Shown here in pieces: positions 49,893-59,705 of a stretch of DNA of 64,000 nt. The stretch comes from Candidatus Lustribacter sp. GTDB taxonomy: Bacteria; Vulcanimicrobiota; Vulcanimicrobiia; Vulcanimicrobiales; Vulcanimicrobiaceae. Where the stretch lies: contig OZ255842.1 of NCBI GenBank assembly GCA_965277805.1, forward strand, positions 5,376,001-5,440,000. The letters are read 5' to 3'. Position 1 is the stretch's first letter, and every line of letters starts with the position of its first letter. The notes under the pieces are model-generated. The model searched no databases. It worked only from the letters and a program-made list of their open reading frames with translations, and had not been told where the DNA came from. The translations under genes and the position numbers were made by a program.

Positions 49893-50789
49893 ATGTTCGA
49901 TGGATTCACAGAACGGCGCATCGCAACCGGCGACGCGGAACTCTACGTACGCGCCGGCGGCTCGGGTCCGCCGCTGGTCTGTTTGCACGGCTACCCGCAA
50001 TCGCACATCACGTGGAGAAAAGTTGCGCCGCTGCTGGCCGAACGTTACACCGTGGTGCTGCCCGATCTGCGCGGTTACGGTGCGAGCGAGATCGTCGCGT
50101 CCGACGACGCGCACCTCGCATACAGCAAACGCACGATGGCGCGCGACATCGTCGCGCTGATGTCGGCACTCGGGTACGAGCGTTTTTTCCTGGCCGGTCA
50201 CGATCGCGGCGCCCGCGTTGCGTACCGGCTCGCGCTCGATGCGCCCGAACGCGTCGCCGCGCTGGCGACCCTCGACATCATCCCGACGCTCGAGAATTGG
50301 GAAGCGATGGATTTCCGGCGCGCGTACGGCGCGTATCACTGGCAATTTCTTGCGCAGCCCGAACCGCTGCCGGAACGGCTGATCGGTTACGACCCGCAGT
50401 GGTATTGCCGCCAGCAGATCGGCGCGTGGCTCGAAGACCGCAACGCGACCGATGAGGCGGCACTCGATGCGTACTGCGCGGCTTTCGCACGCCCGGGCGC
50501 GGTGCACGCGGCGTGCGAGGATTACCGTGCGGGCTACACCTGCGACCTCGACGCCGACCGCGCCGACCGCGATGCCGGCAAGAAGATCACGATGCCGATG
50601 CTGGCGCTCTGGGGCGCCGGCCACGACGGTAAGCGCTCCGCGCATTTCGCCGAGGTTTGGCAACGCTGGGCGCCCGACCTGACCGCGCAAGGATTACCGT
50701 GCGGGCACTTTATGATGGAAGAGCTGCCGGCGCAAACGGCGCGCGCGCTACGCGCGTTCTTCGACGCCCGCGCCGACGGCTGGAGCTAA
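49893..50789 (+). CDS. Alpha/beta hydrolase, haloacetate (fluoroacetate) dehalogenase-like
   Basis: LHGYPQ, GHDRGAR, YHWQF, EDYRAG, CGHF. Confidence 0.85.
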   Translation: MFDGFTERRIATGDAELYVRAGGSGPPLVCLHGYPQSHITWRKVAPLLAERYTVVLPDLRGYGASEIVASDDAHLAYSKRTMARDIVALMSALGYERFFLAGHDRGARVAYRLALDAPERVAALATLDIIPTLENWEAMDFRRAYGAYHWQFLAQPEPLPERLIGYDPQWYCRQQIGAWLEDRNATDEAALDAYCAAFARPGAVHAACEDYRAGYTCDLDADRADRDAGKKITMPMLALWGAGHDGKRSAHFAEVWQRWAPDLTAQGLPCGHFMMEELPAQTARALRAFFDARADGWS

Positions 50790-53063
50790 CGCACGATTGG
50801 CCTGCAGTTCAACGCGCGTTCCGAACGGCGTGCGTTCGACTTCGACCGCATCGGCAAACGCGCGCATCAGCGGCAGCCCGAAGCCGCGCCCTTCCACTGC
50901 CGTGTCGCCGTACCAGGTGCCGAAGTCGCGGATCTCCACCGTTACCGCGTCGTTCGTCGCGCGGCCGCGCACGCGCAGCGCGCCGGAGCCGCCGCGATAC
51001 GCGTGTTCGATCGCGTTGCCGATGGCTTCGCCGGCGGCAACCAGCAGATCGCCGATGCGCTCGGCCATGCCGGCGCCGTTGAGAAAACGCGCGATCGCGG
51101 TTCGCGCTCGCACGGCATTTTCGGGCTGGGCGGGCAGCGTCAGATCGAGCCGGTCGAGCGTCGCCGAGGCCGTGATCGCGAGCAGGGCGACGTCGTCGCG
51201 CGGCGGCGCATCGCCGAGCAGCGTGCGGTAAATTGCGCCCGCCAGATCGTCGCCGGCGTTCGCGCACGCGCGGAGAGCGGCTTCCACGCGCGTTGCTGCA
51301 TCGGCGGCGCCGTGCATTTCCACGCCGTCCGTGTAGAACACCATCGACGAACCGGGCTCGAGCCGGAAATCGAACTCTTCGTATTGCGCGTCCGGTGTAA
51401 CGCCGAGCATAGGTCCGTTCACCTGCGCATGCGAGATTTCACCATCGGGGCTGGCGATGACCGGGGCGGCGTGACCGGCGGACGCCAGACTGAGATCGAG
51501 TGAGAGCGGTTCGAGAATCGCCACCAGCGCCGACGCACGTCGCGCGCCGGATTCGCGCAGCAAGGTGTTCGCGGCGGCCAGAATCGTGGCCGGACGCGGA
51601 TCTTCGTTCGCGGCCGTGCGGATCGCGTGGCGCAGCTGCGACATCGCGACCGCCGCTTCGAGCCCGGTTCCGTCAACGTCGCCGATCGAGAGCAACATGC
51701 GCCCATCGGGCAGCGACATTGCGTCGTACCAGTCGCCGCCGGCTCGATCTTCGCGCGCGGCCGGCGCGTAGGCGACCGATAGCGTCAGCCCTTCGACGGC
51801 CGGCAGCGTGCCCGGCAAAAGCGCGCGTTGCAGGCTGCTCGTCACGTTGGGTTCGCGTTCGGCCAGCACCGCGGCATGATACGCCGTCGCCGCGCGGCCG
51901 ACGATGCGTTCGAGCAACGCGACGTCATCGCGCCCCAACTGCGGGCGCGTTTCCGCACCGCGCACGACGATTGCGCCCCGCACATCGCCGGCAACGACAA
52001 ATGGAATCACCGCCAGGGACCGGATTTGCAGCGCGGCGAGAATCATGCCGTGGCGCGGCCCGCGCGCAAACGAGGCGACGAACTCCGGCGTAACCGCCGG
52101 TTCGTAGATCGTGCGTCCCGTTGCGATCGCGCGATCGATCGGAGAGCCGTCGCCGCTGACGTGCGGAAATTCGCGCTCGAGCATCCACGCGAAGTCGCGC
52201 TTCGCGGGTTGGCGGTGCACGACGCTCTTGAGTTGGATCGCATCGTCCGCGCGCAAATACGCGAGGTACCAGTCACCCAGCGCAGGGACGATGAGGTCGC
52301 CGAGCGCGTCCAGCGTGCGGCTCGAGCGCGCGATGCCTGAGAATCGTTCGGATGCCGCCGCGAGCAGACGCCACGCGCGAATGTCGGCGTTCGCGCCGGC
52401 GTCGGACTTCTCGCGAAACGCGGAACGCCGGCGTGCCAGCGCGTCGACGCGCGCGATCAGTTCGGCGACCGTGAACGGCTTGACGAGGTAGTCGTCCACG
52501 CCCGCGCCGATTGCGGCATCCGCGGATTCGGCGGCGCCGCTGCCCGAGAGCAGCACGATCGGAATGCCGGCGGTGAGCGGGTCTTCGCGCAGGATGCGTG
52601 CCGCTTCGAAGCCGTCGATGAACGGCATACGCGCATCGCTCACGATCACGTCGGGCAGCTGCGCGCGGGCGGCGGCCACGAGGGCCGCCCCGTCGCTGAC
52701 GGTGTCGACGGCGTACTTCCCGGCCAGCATCGTGGCGAGATACGCGCGCAGATCGGCGTTGTCGTCGGCGATCAGCACGCGCAGCCGGCCGCCCGCGGCC
52801 TCGGGGGCGGGCTGTTCGGACGCCGCAGCCGCCGCCGCGGGCAGCGCGCTGCCGGCAAGAAATGCTTGCGCGACTTGCTCCACGCGCGCGGCGCTGCGGC
52901 GTGCCAATTCGATCGCCGCACGTCCGTCGACGTCGGCAATCGTCCCGGCGAGATCCTCGAGGGCAGCGGTCAGGAGCGTCCAGGGCGTGCGAAGTTCGTC
53001 CTCGATGACCCGTAAGCGATCGCCGGACGCCGCGTTCGTGCCCTCGCCGGAATCAGCGGTCAT
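50748..53063 (-). CDS. REC-GAF-PP2C(SpoIIE)-anti-sigma ATPase fusion with vestigial HisKA
   Basis: IADDN/VSD/KPF receiver; GGDWYD, FYTDG, DDVAL phosphatase; EAIGNAIEHAY...GRGFGL RsbW-like domain. Confidence 0.88.
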   Translation of the reverse strand: MTADSGEGTNAASGDRLRVIEDELRTPWTLLTAALEDLAGTIADVDGRAAIELARRSAARVEQVAQAFLAGSALPAAAAAASEQPAPEAAGGRLRVLIADDNADLRAYLATMLAGKYAVDTVSDGAALVAAARAQLPDVIVSDARMPFIDGFEAARILREDPLTAGIPIVLLSGSGAAESADAAIGAGVDDYLVKPFTVAELIARVDALARRRSAFREKSDAGANADIRAWRLLAAASERFSGIARSSRTLDALGDLIVPALGDWYLAYLRADDAIQLKSVVHRQPAKRDFAWMLEREFPHVSGDGSPIDRAIATGRTIYEPAVTPEFVASFARGPRHGMILAALQIRSLAVIPFVVAGDVRGAIVVRGAETRPQLGRDDVALLERIVGRAATAYHAAVLAEREPNVTSSLQRALLPGTLPAVEGLTLSVAYAPAAREDRAGGDWYDAMSLPDGRMLLSIGDVDGTGLEAAVAMSQLRHAIRTAANEDPRPATILAAANTLLRESGARRASALVAILEPLSLDLSLASAGHAAPVIASPDGEISHAQVNGPMLGVTPDAQYEEFDFRLEPGSSMVFYTDGVEMHGAADAATRVEAALRACANAGDDLAGAIYRTLLGDAPPRDDVALLAITASATLDRLDLTLPAQPENAVRARTAIARFLNGAGMAERIGDLLVAAGEAIGNAIEHAYRGGSGALRVRGRATNDAVTVEIRDFGTWYGDTAVEGRGFGLPLMRAFADAVEVERTPFGTRVELQANRALAPAVGAGVEERA

Positions 53064-53145
53064 GCAAGACGGCAATCCCCCGAGCAACGGAAAAGCGAGC
53101 GGTCCGCGGGACCGCCGAGTGCGCCTTTCCCGCGCAGGCTAACCC

Positions 53146-53589
53146 CTAAACGTACGGCGGAGATTTCACCATGTGCTGGTCGCGGTGCTCGTAGCCGTTG
53201 CTCTCGTAGAATTGCGGCGCGGGTTCGTGCGTGCCGCCGCTGGTCACTTCGATTTGGCTCGCGCGGCGCTGCGCGGCGAACGATTCGGCGGTCGAGAGCA
53301 GCAATTTGCCGACGCCTTTGCGGCGATGGTGCGCGCCGACCACGAGCGAGGTGATCCGGCCGATCATCGCGTCGGCGTGAAAGAGCGGGAACACGTGGAC
53401 GCTGACCACGCCGATCACGCTCTCGGCCGACTCCGCCACGAATACCGCATCGTCGGCGCGATCGCCCACCAGCTGCAAGCGGCTGAGGATGAAGCTCGGG
53501 TGCGTGGAGTAGCCGAGTTCACCGAGCAAGTCGGCGATTTTGGGCGCATCGGAGTCAACGGCGCGGCGGACGGCGGGGACGCTAATCAC
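53146..53589 (-). CDS. GNAT acetyltransferase
   Basis: LVVGAHHRRKGVGKLL and FYESNGY; start trimmed to GTG 53589. Confidence 0.85.
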   Translation of the reverse strand: MISVPAVRRAVDSDAPKIADLLGELGYSTHPSFILSRLQLVGDRADDAVFVAESAESVIGVVSVHVFPLFHADAMIGRITSLVVGAHHRRKGVGKLLLSTAESFAAQRRASQIEVTSGGTHEPAPQFYESNGYEHRDQHMVKSPPYV

Positions 53590-53666
53590 GACGGACCACC
53601 TTCGCCCGCCACAATAGCGAGCCTGTCCCCGGGATCGGGGCGCGTTGTGGCAAACAGTGGACGCCG

Positions 53667-54068
53667 ATGGATCAGTCGCCGCGCCACTTTCACGCGAACG
53701 AACGTTTTTTTGTCGAGATCGCCTTCGAGGGCCCGTTGCCCGAGGGCGCCGAACCGGCAGCGGAATTCGCGGGTCCGCTCGGTCCCGGCGGACCGGCTCT
53801 GACGTTTTGGACGCACCAAGTCGGCCCGGCCGAAAACGCGGATGGCGACCGCAGCCGCGTGCGCGTGATCGGCAAGATCCCGGAAGAAGCTCCGCCCGGC
53901 ATGTACCGGATGACGCACCTCGAGATCCGCTGGGCCGCGGAGATGCCGCTCTCATGGGAGTCCGTGGGCGTCCCTCTCAAGGGCCTCGGCCGCGACGTGC
54001 TGATCTCTGTCGACGTCGCCGCGGCGCGTTCGCAGCCGCCGATCCCGCGGGTCGTTAACGCGGGGTGA
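53667..54068 (+). CDS. Hypothetical protein (beta-rich, Ig-like?)
   Basis: 133 aa ORF with typical codon usage; IPEEAPPGMY. Confidence 0.55.
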   Translation: MDQSPRHFHANERFFVEIAFEGPLPEGAEPAAEFAGPLGPGGPALTFWTHQVGPAENADGDRSRVRVIGKIPEEAPPGMYRMTHLEIRWAAEMPLSWESVGVPLKGLGRDVLISVDVAAARSQPPIPRVVNAG

Positions 54069-54123
54069 ATTCTCAGCCGCTTTAGCAGCGTTCGCCCAGC
54101 CGGGCGTGCTATCTCGTCGTGGT

Positions 54124-54567
54124 ATGACGATCCAAGTTTCAATCCGGCGCACCATAGCGTGTGCCCTCATCCTCGGTGCCGCGCTCGCAACGGCACCACG
54201 TGCGGCGCGCGCGGACGTATCGATCGACGCCGGTGCGGCCGTCACGGGCAGTTCCGCGAATTTCGCGGGCGCGCTCTCACTCGGCGTCTTCAATGCGCCC
54301 CTGGTGCCGCTGGCCGCGGAACTGACCGCGATCGCCCCCGCGAACGGCGGCTTCGCCACGACCTTCGATGCCCGGTTCTCGGTCGCTGGAACGGCCATTG
54401 GCGCCGGTGCCGGCGTCGGCACCCTCGGCGCGCTGCATCAGACCGGCATGATCTACGACGGCATCTTGGCGCACCGGATCGCCCCGCACACCGCGTTGGA
54501 GGCGCGCCTATATTTCGGGCCGCAGCGGCCGTCGACGTTTTTCGGCGGCGTACGCTTCTCGCTGTGA
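54124..54567 (+). CDS. Secreted hypothetical protein, possible small outer-membrane beta-barrel
   Basis: Signal peptide ARA-D; alternating Gly/hydrophobic strands; C-terminal GGVRFSL. Confidence 0.6.
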   Translation: MTIQVSIRRTIACALILGAALATAPRAARADVSIDAGAAVTGSSANFAGALSLGVFNAPLVPLAAELTAIAPANGGFATTFDARFSVAGTAIGAGAGVGTLGALHQTGMIYDGILAHRIAPHTALEARLYFGPQRPSTFFGGVRFSL

Positions 54568-54622
54568 GCCGATTCCAGGGGCCGGAAAAGGAACCGAGCC
54601 CCTAATCGCAGATTCTTGCTTG

Positions 54623-54814
54623 ATGTTCCCATACGAGTCGGGGAATTTGATCCGCTGCGAGTGCGGCCATCCGGTCGGCCAGCACACGGACGCGGGCTGC
54701 TCGGGCGGCCCGCAATCTTGCCGCTGTCAAAAGACGCCGTCCGCCATCGTGCTTGACGAGATCGCTCTCCTGCGCCCGGAGTGGCTCCAAACGAAGGTTA
54801 CCGCGCTCCCTTAG
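54623..54814 (+). CDS. Small Cys/His-rich (putative Zn-binding) protein
   Basis: CECGHPVGQH...C...CRC in 63 aa. Confidence 0.6.
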   Translation: MFPYESGNLIRCECGHPVGQHTDAGCSGGPQSCRCQKTPSAIVLDEIALLRPEWLQTKVTALP

Positions 54815-55272
54815 GTCGAGAAGCGGGCGTTCCCGGCGATTTTGGCGTACGGCGCGCAGCCGTTCTGGGCGAGGTCGTCCAGGGCGATCGTGTAGTGCCG
54901 TTTGGCGTGGAGATTCAAGGCCGGGGCGCGGTAGTACACGGGATTAGCCCAGGTGCTGGGCGCGGCGTGGATGGGCTTCGCAGTGCGTTCCAGCGGACTG
55001 CCCACGGTGGCCGTTCCCTTGGCGCTGACGGCCACGGCCGTCACGGTCTTGGGCAGGTCGCGCGAGGCGACCAGCACGATCGGCGCGGCGCCGGCTGCCA
55101 CGCCCGTGCTGCCGGGCGCCGGCGAGAGCAGCGCCACGTCCGTGCCGTAGGGCAGCGAGCACGGCAGGTTCGGGGTGGCCATCCCGGCGCTCGGAACGGG
55201 GGAGGCCTCAACCCTGCTGCAGCCGGCAAGGGCGAGCGCCGCCAGAACGAGCACGGCGATCGAGCGGAACAT
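54811..55272 (-). CDS. Putative lipoprotein
   Basis: MFRSIAVLVLAALALAG-C lipobox. Confidence 0.7.
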   Translation of the reverse strand: MFRSIAVLVLAALALAGCSRVEASPVPSAGMATPNLPCSLPYGTDVALLSPAPGSTGVAAGAAPIVLVASRDLPKTVTAVAVSAKGTATVGSPLERTAKPIHAAPSTWANPVYYRAPALNLHAKRHYTIALDDLAQNGCAPYAKIAGNARFST

Positions 55273-55334
55273 AGTATCTAGGAAACGCCGTTTAGCTGGC
55301 AGGCGTGCCGGACTCAGCCAACTTTTAGGTTCTG

Positions 55335-56615
55335 TTAATCGGAACGGCCCAGATCGAAGAGCGACGGCATGCCGCCGCTGGCGATGATCGCCGCGCACAG
55401 CTTGCGCGCCTCGTCGAGCGGCACGCGGTCCTTGCGCACGAAAAGCTTGCGCCAGTAGGCCTTACCGCTGAGCTTTCCGATCAAATCGGAGGCTTGCCGG
55501 GCGTCGACGATGCGGCCGGTGACGTGCACCCGCACCGTGGGTTTGTCCTCATCGCCGCCGAGCGGCAAGCGGTGCAGCAGTTGCTCTTGGGAATCGCTCC
55601 ACACCGCATCGCCGTACGCCGAACGCAATTCGCGCTCGCACGCTTCGTACGTCACGAGATCGCGTTCGGCGTTGAACTCGGCGGCGAGGCCGTAGACGGT
55701 CACGCGCTCGCGCAATCCGTGAGCTGCTTCGGAATTCGACGTGCGCATCGCATCGACGACTCGAAAGTCGTCCCAGGCGAGAAACTCGTCGATCGGTTCC
55801 AGGGCCGTCGGATCGGGCCACAGTTCTTCGAGGCCCGCGCGCAGGACGCGCTCGAACGCGCGCGTTGTGTGGTGAAAATAGATCGTTGCGAACATCCAGT
55901 AGCGCGCCAGCACGAAGCTCTCCAGCGCCACCACGCCGCGTCCGTCGACGCCGAGCTCCTGACGTCCGTCGTGATCGAACACGCGCAGCGATGCGATCAG
56001 TTGCTCCGCGTCGTAGCGTCCGTTCACGACGCCGGTGAAGTAGGCATCGCGCAACAGATAGTCCATGCGGTCGGCATCGAGATTAGGTCCCGAGACGAGT
56101 TCGCGCAAGACCGGATAGCGCGTCGAGGTGCCGGTGATCAGCGCCAGCACCTCGTTTGCATCTACGTCGATCGCTGCCAGCGCGCCGGCGATTTCCTCGC
56201 GGGCGAGGATGCGTTCGGTGCGCGCTTCGTGGCGGATGCCGAGGACGGATTCGCAGGCGTGGCTGAACGGGCCGTGGCCGACGTCGTGCAGCAGCAGACT
56301 GGCGCGCAGCAAGCGCCGCTGATCGGCGTAATCGCGCTCGGAGGTGAAGGTGCCGGGAGAATAATCTTTGATCGCCTCAAGCGCGCGCGTCCCGATTGCC
56401 AGCGCGCCGAGAGCGTGCGTGAAGCGCGAGTGTTCGGCTGAGGGAAATGCCAGGTACGCGAGCCCGAGTTGCCGGAGCCGCCGCAAGCGCTGTACCGCCG
56501 GCGCCTCGAGCAGCGCGACTTCGCCGGCGTCGAGTTCGATGAACCGGTGGATCGGATCGAAAATCTGCTTGCCCTTGGCCACGGGTTGCACTTCGTCGCT
56601 AAGGGAGGGTCCCAT
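55335..56615 (-). CDS. HD-domain phosphohydrolase (SAMHD1/YwfO-like dNTPase family)
   Basis: DPIH, QRLRRLRQLG, HSRFTH, LLHDVGHGPFSH, DADRMDYL; the start may be GTG 56582. Confidence 0.9.
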   Translation of the reverse strand: MGPSLSDEVQPVAKGKQIFDPIHRFIELDAGEVALLEAPAVQRLRRLRQLGLAYLAFPSAEHSRFTHALGALAIGTRALEAIKDYSPGTFTSERDYADQRRLLRASLLLHDVGHGPFSHACESVLGIRHEARTERILAREEIAGALAAIDVDANEVLALITGTSTRYPVLRELVSGPNLDADRMDYLLRDAYFTGVVNGRYDAEQLIASLRVFDHDGRQELGVDGRGVVALESFVLARYWMFATIYFHHTTRAFERVLRAGLEELWPDPTALEPIDEFLAWDDFRVVDAMRTSNSEAAHGLRERVTVYGLAAEFNAERDLVTYEACERELRSAYGDAVWSDSQEQLLHRLPLGGDEDKPTVRVHVTGRIVDARQASDLIGKLSGKAYWRKLFVRKDRVPLDEARKLCAAIIASGGMPSLFDLGRSD

Positions 56616-56638
56616 GCGGCGTGTCGAACTGGTGTACG

Positions 56639-58432
56639 GTGCGGATCGACGACGGCGTAAAGCGGGATATCCTCGCTCGCACCGACATCGGTGAGGTGAT
56701 CGGCGCGGTCGTATCCTTGCGAAAGCGCGGCAACGACCTGGTGGGGTTGTGCCCGTTTCACGGCGAGAAGACGCCGTCGTTTCACGTCCATCCGGATCGC
56801 GGCTTCTTCAAGTGTTTCGGCTGCGATGCGGCCGGTGACGTCATCCGTTTCGTGCAGCTGCACGACAACCTCAACTTCGTGGACGCGATGCGCGTGCTGG
56901 CGAAACGTGCCGGCATCCAGCTCGAAAACGAAGACCCGGCGACCGCGCGCGTGCGCAGCGAAAAAGAAGCGATCTATCACGCCAACGACGTCGCGGCGCG
57001 CTTTTTTCACCGCATGCTTACCTCGGAAGCGGAAGGAGAAAAAGGCCGCCGTTACTGCGCCGAACGCGGCATCAGCGCCGAATCGATCGCGCAGTTCAAA
57101 CTCGGCTTCGCACCCGAGCGCTGGGATGGACTCGTCTCGGAATTGCAGCGGGAAGGCGTCGACGGCGCGCTAGCGGCCGTCGCCGGGTTGGTGAAGCAAG
57201 GTCAGCGCGGCTACTACGATTTCTACCGCGACCGGCTGATGATTCCGACGCACGCCGTAACCGGCGAAACGATCGCATTCGGCGGCCGCTTGATCGGCCA
57301 AGGCGAACCGAAATATCTCAACACGACCACGACTCCGGTGTACACGAAGGGGCGGTTCCTGTTCGCGCTCGGCATCGCGCGGCGGTCGGCGCAGCGCGAG
57401 GGCAACATCGTGGTCGTCGAGGGCTACCTCGACTGCATCGCGCTGCACCAGGCCGGGATTACGAACGCCGTGGCCTCGCTCGGAACGGCGTTCGGCCCCG
57501 AGCAAGCGCGCGAGTTGCGCAAGGCCACGGAAAACGTGTTCATCTGCTTCGACGGCGACGCCGCGGGCCAGGCCGCCGCCGCCAAATCGATCGACACCCT
57601 CGTCAACGAGGGGCTGGCCGCGCGCATCGTGCAGTTGCCGGCGGGCGAGGATCCCGATAGCTACGTGCGGGCGCATGGCGCCGAGGGCTTCCGCGCACGC
57701 TTGAACGACGCGATCCCGTGGATTCAGTTTAAGATCGACCGCCGGATCGGCGAGATTCGCGCCGGCTTCAAGAGCCGCGCCCAAATCGCGCGCGAAGCGG
57801 AGATCCTCGTGCGGACGCTCCCGCGCGCCGAGTGGGACCACTGGCGCACCTACGCTGCACCGCAACTGGGGGTCGACGTCGAAGATCTACGCAAGGCGCG
57901 CCTCCAGATCACCGACGGCGCCCGGCTAGAATACGGCGAGGGGCAGATGATCGACGTCCGGCGCTCCGACAAGATCCGGCCCGGTTCGGTCGCGGCGCCC
58001 TCGTGGGAGACGTCGTGCCTGGCGATCTTTGTCTCAGAGCCGGGCTTGGTGGCCGAATACGCCGATCGCATCGCGCCCGAGCGCTTCGGCGAACCATCCT
58101 TAAGGCGGATTTATGCTCGCATGCGCGAGCAAGCGGACGCGCTTCTGCAACCAGCCGATGTCTTTGCGCTGTTTAGCGACGATGGTGACGTGTCTGCGGC
58201 TCTCGCATCAATTGCGGGTGCCGAGCGCTCGCGAATCATCCGTTTTGCCGACCCCGAGGCGCGCCGCGCGTATCTCGATCGGACGATCGAGCGTTTCGCT
58301 GCGGACGATCGGCACCGGCGCTTCCGCGAGCTCGACGCGCAGATGACGGCCCTGTTTGAATCCGGCCAGCCGGTGCCTCAGGAACTGCGGGAAGAGCACA
58401 GTGCGCTCCACACGGCCCGAACCAAAGGATGA
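56639..58432 (+). CDS. dnaG: DNA primase
   Basis: CPFH...CFGC zinc finger; PKYLN; TOPRIM EGYLD, FDGDAAG, DPD; start GTG 56639 (or 56621). Confidence 0.96.
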   Translation: MRIDDGVKRDILARTDIGEVIGAVVSLRKRGNDLVGLCPFHGEKTPSFHVHPDRGFFKCFGCDAAGDVIRFVQLHDNLNFVDAMRVLAKRAGIQLENEDPATARVRSEKEAIYHANDVAARFFHRMLTSEAEGEKGRRYCAERGISAESIAQFKLGFAPERWDGLVSELQREGVDGALAAVAGLVKQGQRGYYDFYRDRLMIPTHAVTGETIAFGGRLIGQGEPKYLNTTTTPVYTKGRFLFALGIARRSAQREGNIVVVEGYLDCIALHQAGITNAVASLGTAFGPEQARELRKATENVFICFDGDAAGQAAAAKSIDTLVNEGLAARIVQLPAGEDPDSYVRAHGAEGFRARLNDAIPWIQFKIDRRIGEIRAGFKSRAQIAREAEILVRTLPRAEWDHWRTYAAPQLGVDVEDLRKARLQITDGARLEYGEGQMIDVRRSDKIRPGSVAAPSWETSCLAIFVSEPGLVAEYADRIAPERFGEPSLRRIYARMREQADALLQPADVFALFSDDGDVSAALASIAGAERSRIIRFADPEARRAYLDRTIERFAADDRHRRFRELDAQMTALFESGQPVPQELREEHSALHTARTKG

Positions 58433-58499
58433 CCCCGCCACCGGGCCACCGAAACGGCGAGGTCCAGCATTATATCAGGAAAGGGGGTGAGAGAAAAGT

Positions 58500-59660
58500 A
58501 TGGCACGCAAAAAAGCCGCAACCGCTACGGTTGACGCGCCGCAAGTTCCGCTAGAGGAACAGATCAAGAAACTGCTCGACCGCGGGAAGAAGCGCGGTTC
58601 GCTGACCTATGAGGAAGTGAACGCGGTTTTCGACAACGTCGAAGACGTCACGCCAGAACGCGTCGACGAACTGTTCGAAGAGATTTCGACGCTCGGTATC
58701 GAGGTCGTCGAGGAACTGGCCAAAGAAGAGAAGCCGGAAGCCGAGGCCGAGGAGGTCCCGATGCCGGCCGGGCTCGCGCTCGACGATCCGGTTCGGATGT
58801 ATCTCAAGGAGATCGGCCGCGTGCCGCTCTTGTCGATGGACGATGAGAAGCGCCTGGCAATGGCGATCGAGGCCGGCGAGAACGAAGCTCCCAAGAACGG
58901 CACGGCCAACAACGCGATCGTCTTTGCAGGCGAAGACGCGAAGCGCCGCCTGACCGAAGCCAATCTACGGCTCGTCGTATCGATTGCGAAGAAGTACGTT
59001 GGCCGCGGCATGCTTTTCCTCGACCTCATTCAGGAAGGTAACCTGGGGCTGATCCGCGCCGTCGAAAAATTCGACTACCGCAAGGGTTACAAATTCTCGA
59101 CCTACGCGACGTGGTGGATTCGTCAAGCGATCACCCGCGCGCTGGCCGATCAGGCACGCACGATCCGCATCCCGGTGCACATGGTCGAAACGATCAACCG
59201 GCTGATCAAGATTTCGCGCCAACTGCTGCAAGAATTGGGCCGCGACCCGACGGTCGAAGAGATCGCGGGCGAAATGGGCCTTACTCCGGAGAAGGTGCGC
59301 GAAGTCATCAAGATTTCGCAAGAACCGATCTCGCTCGAAACGCCGATCGGCGAAGAAGAAGATTCGCATCTCGGCGACTTCATCGAAGATCAGGAAGCGA
59401 TCGCGCCGGCCGAGGCCGCGAGCGTCATGCTGCTCAAAGAGAAGATGCAGGACGTGCTCAAGAACCTCACCGAGCGCGAACGCAAGGTCTTGGTCTTGCG
59501 CTTTGGTCTCGAAGACGGCCACCAGCGCACGCTCGAGGAAGTCGGCCAAGAATTCGGCGTCACGCGCGAACGCATCCGCCAAATCGAAGCCAAAGCACTG
59601 CGCAAACTGCGACATCCGAGCCGCGGTAAAGCCCTAAAAGACTACTGGTCCAACGAATAA
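58500..59660 (+). CDS. rpoD: Primary RNA polymerase sigma factor (SigA/RpoD)
   Basis: [51 protein letters not shown]; short SigA type. Confidence 0.98.
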   Translation: MARKKAATATVDAPQVPLEEQIKKLLDRGKKRGSLTYEEVNAVFDNVEDVTPERVDELFEEISTLGIEVVEELAKEEKPEAEAEEVPMPAGLALDDPVRMYLKEIGRVPLLSMDDEKRLAMAIEAGENEAPKNGTANNAIVFAGEDAKRRLTEANLRLVVSIAKKYVGRGMLFLDLIQEGNLGLIRAVEKFDYRKGYKFSTYATWWIRQAITRALADQARTIRIPVHMVETINRLIKISRQLLQELGRDPTVEEIAGEMGLTPEKVREVIKISQEPISLETPIGEEEDSHLGDFIEDQEAIAPAEAASVMLLKEKMQDVLKNLTERERKVLVLRFGLEDGHQRTLEEVGQEFGVTRERIRQIEAKALRKLRHPSRGKALKDYWSNE

Positions 59661-59662
59661 AA

Positions 59663-59695
59663 CGAGCCGCAATCAGAGCGGCTCGGTTTTTTTTT
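59663..59695 (+). terminator. Intrinsic terminator after rpoD (probably bidirectional)
   Basis: CGAGCCGC-aatcaga-GCGGCTCG followed by G and T9. Confidence 0.9.
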
Positions 59696-59705
59696 GACGA
59701 GGGCG

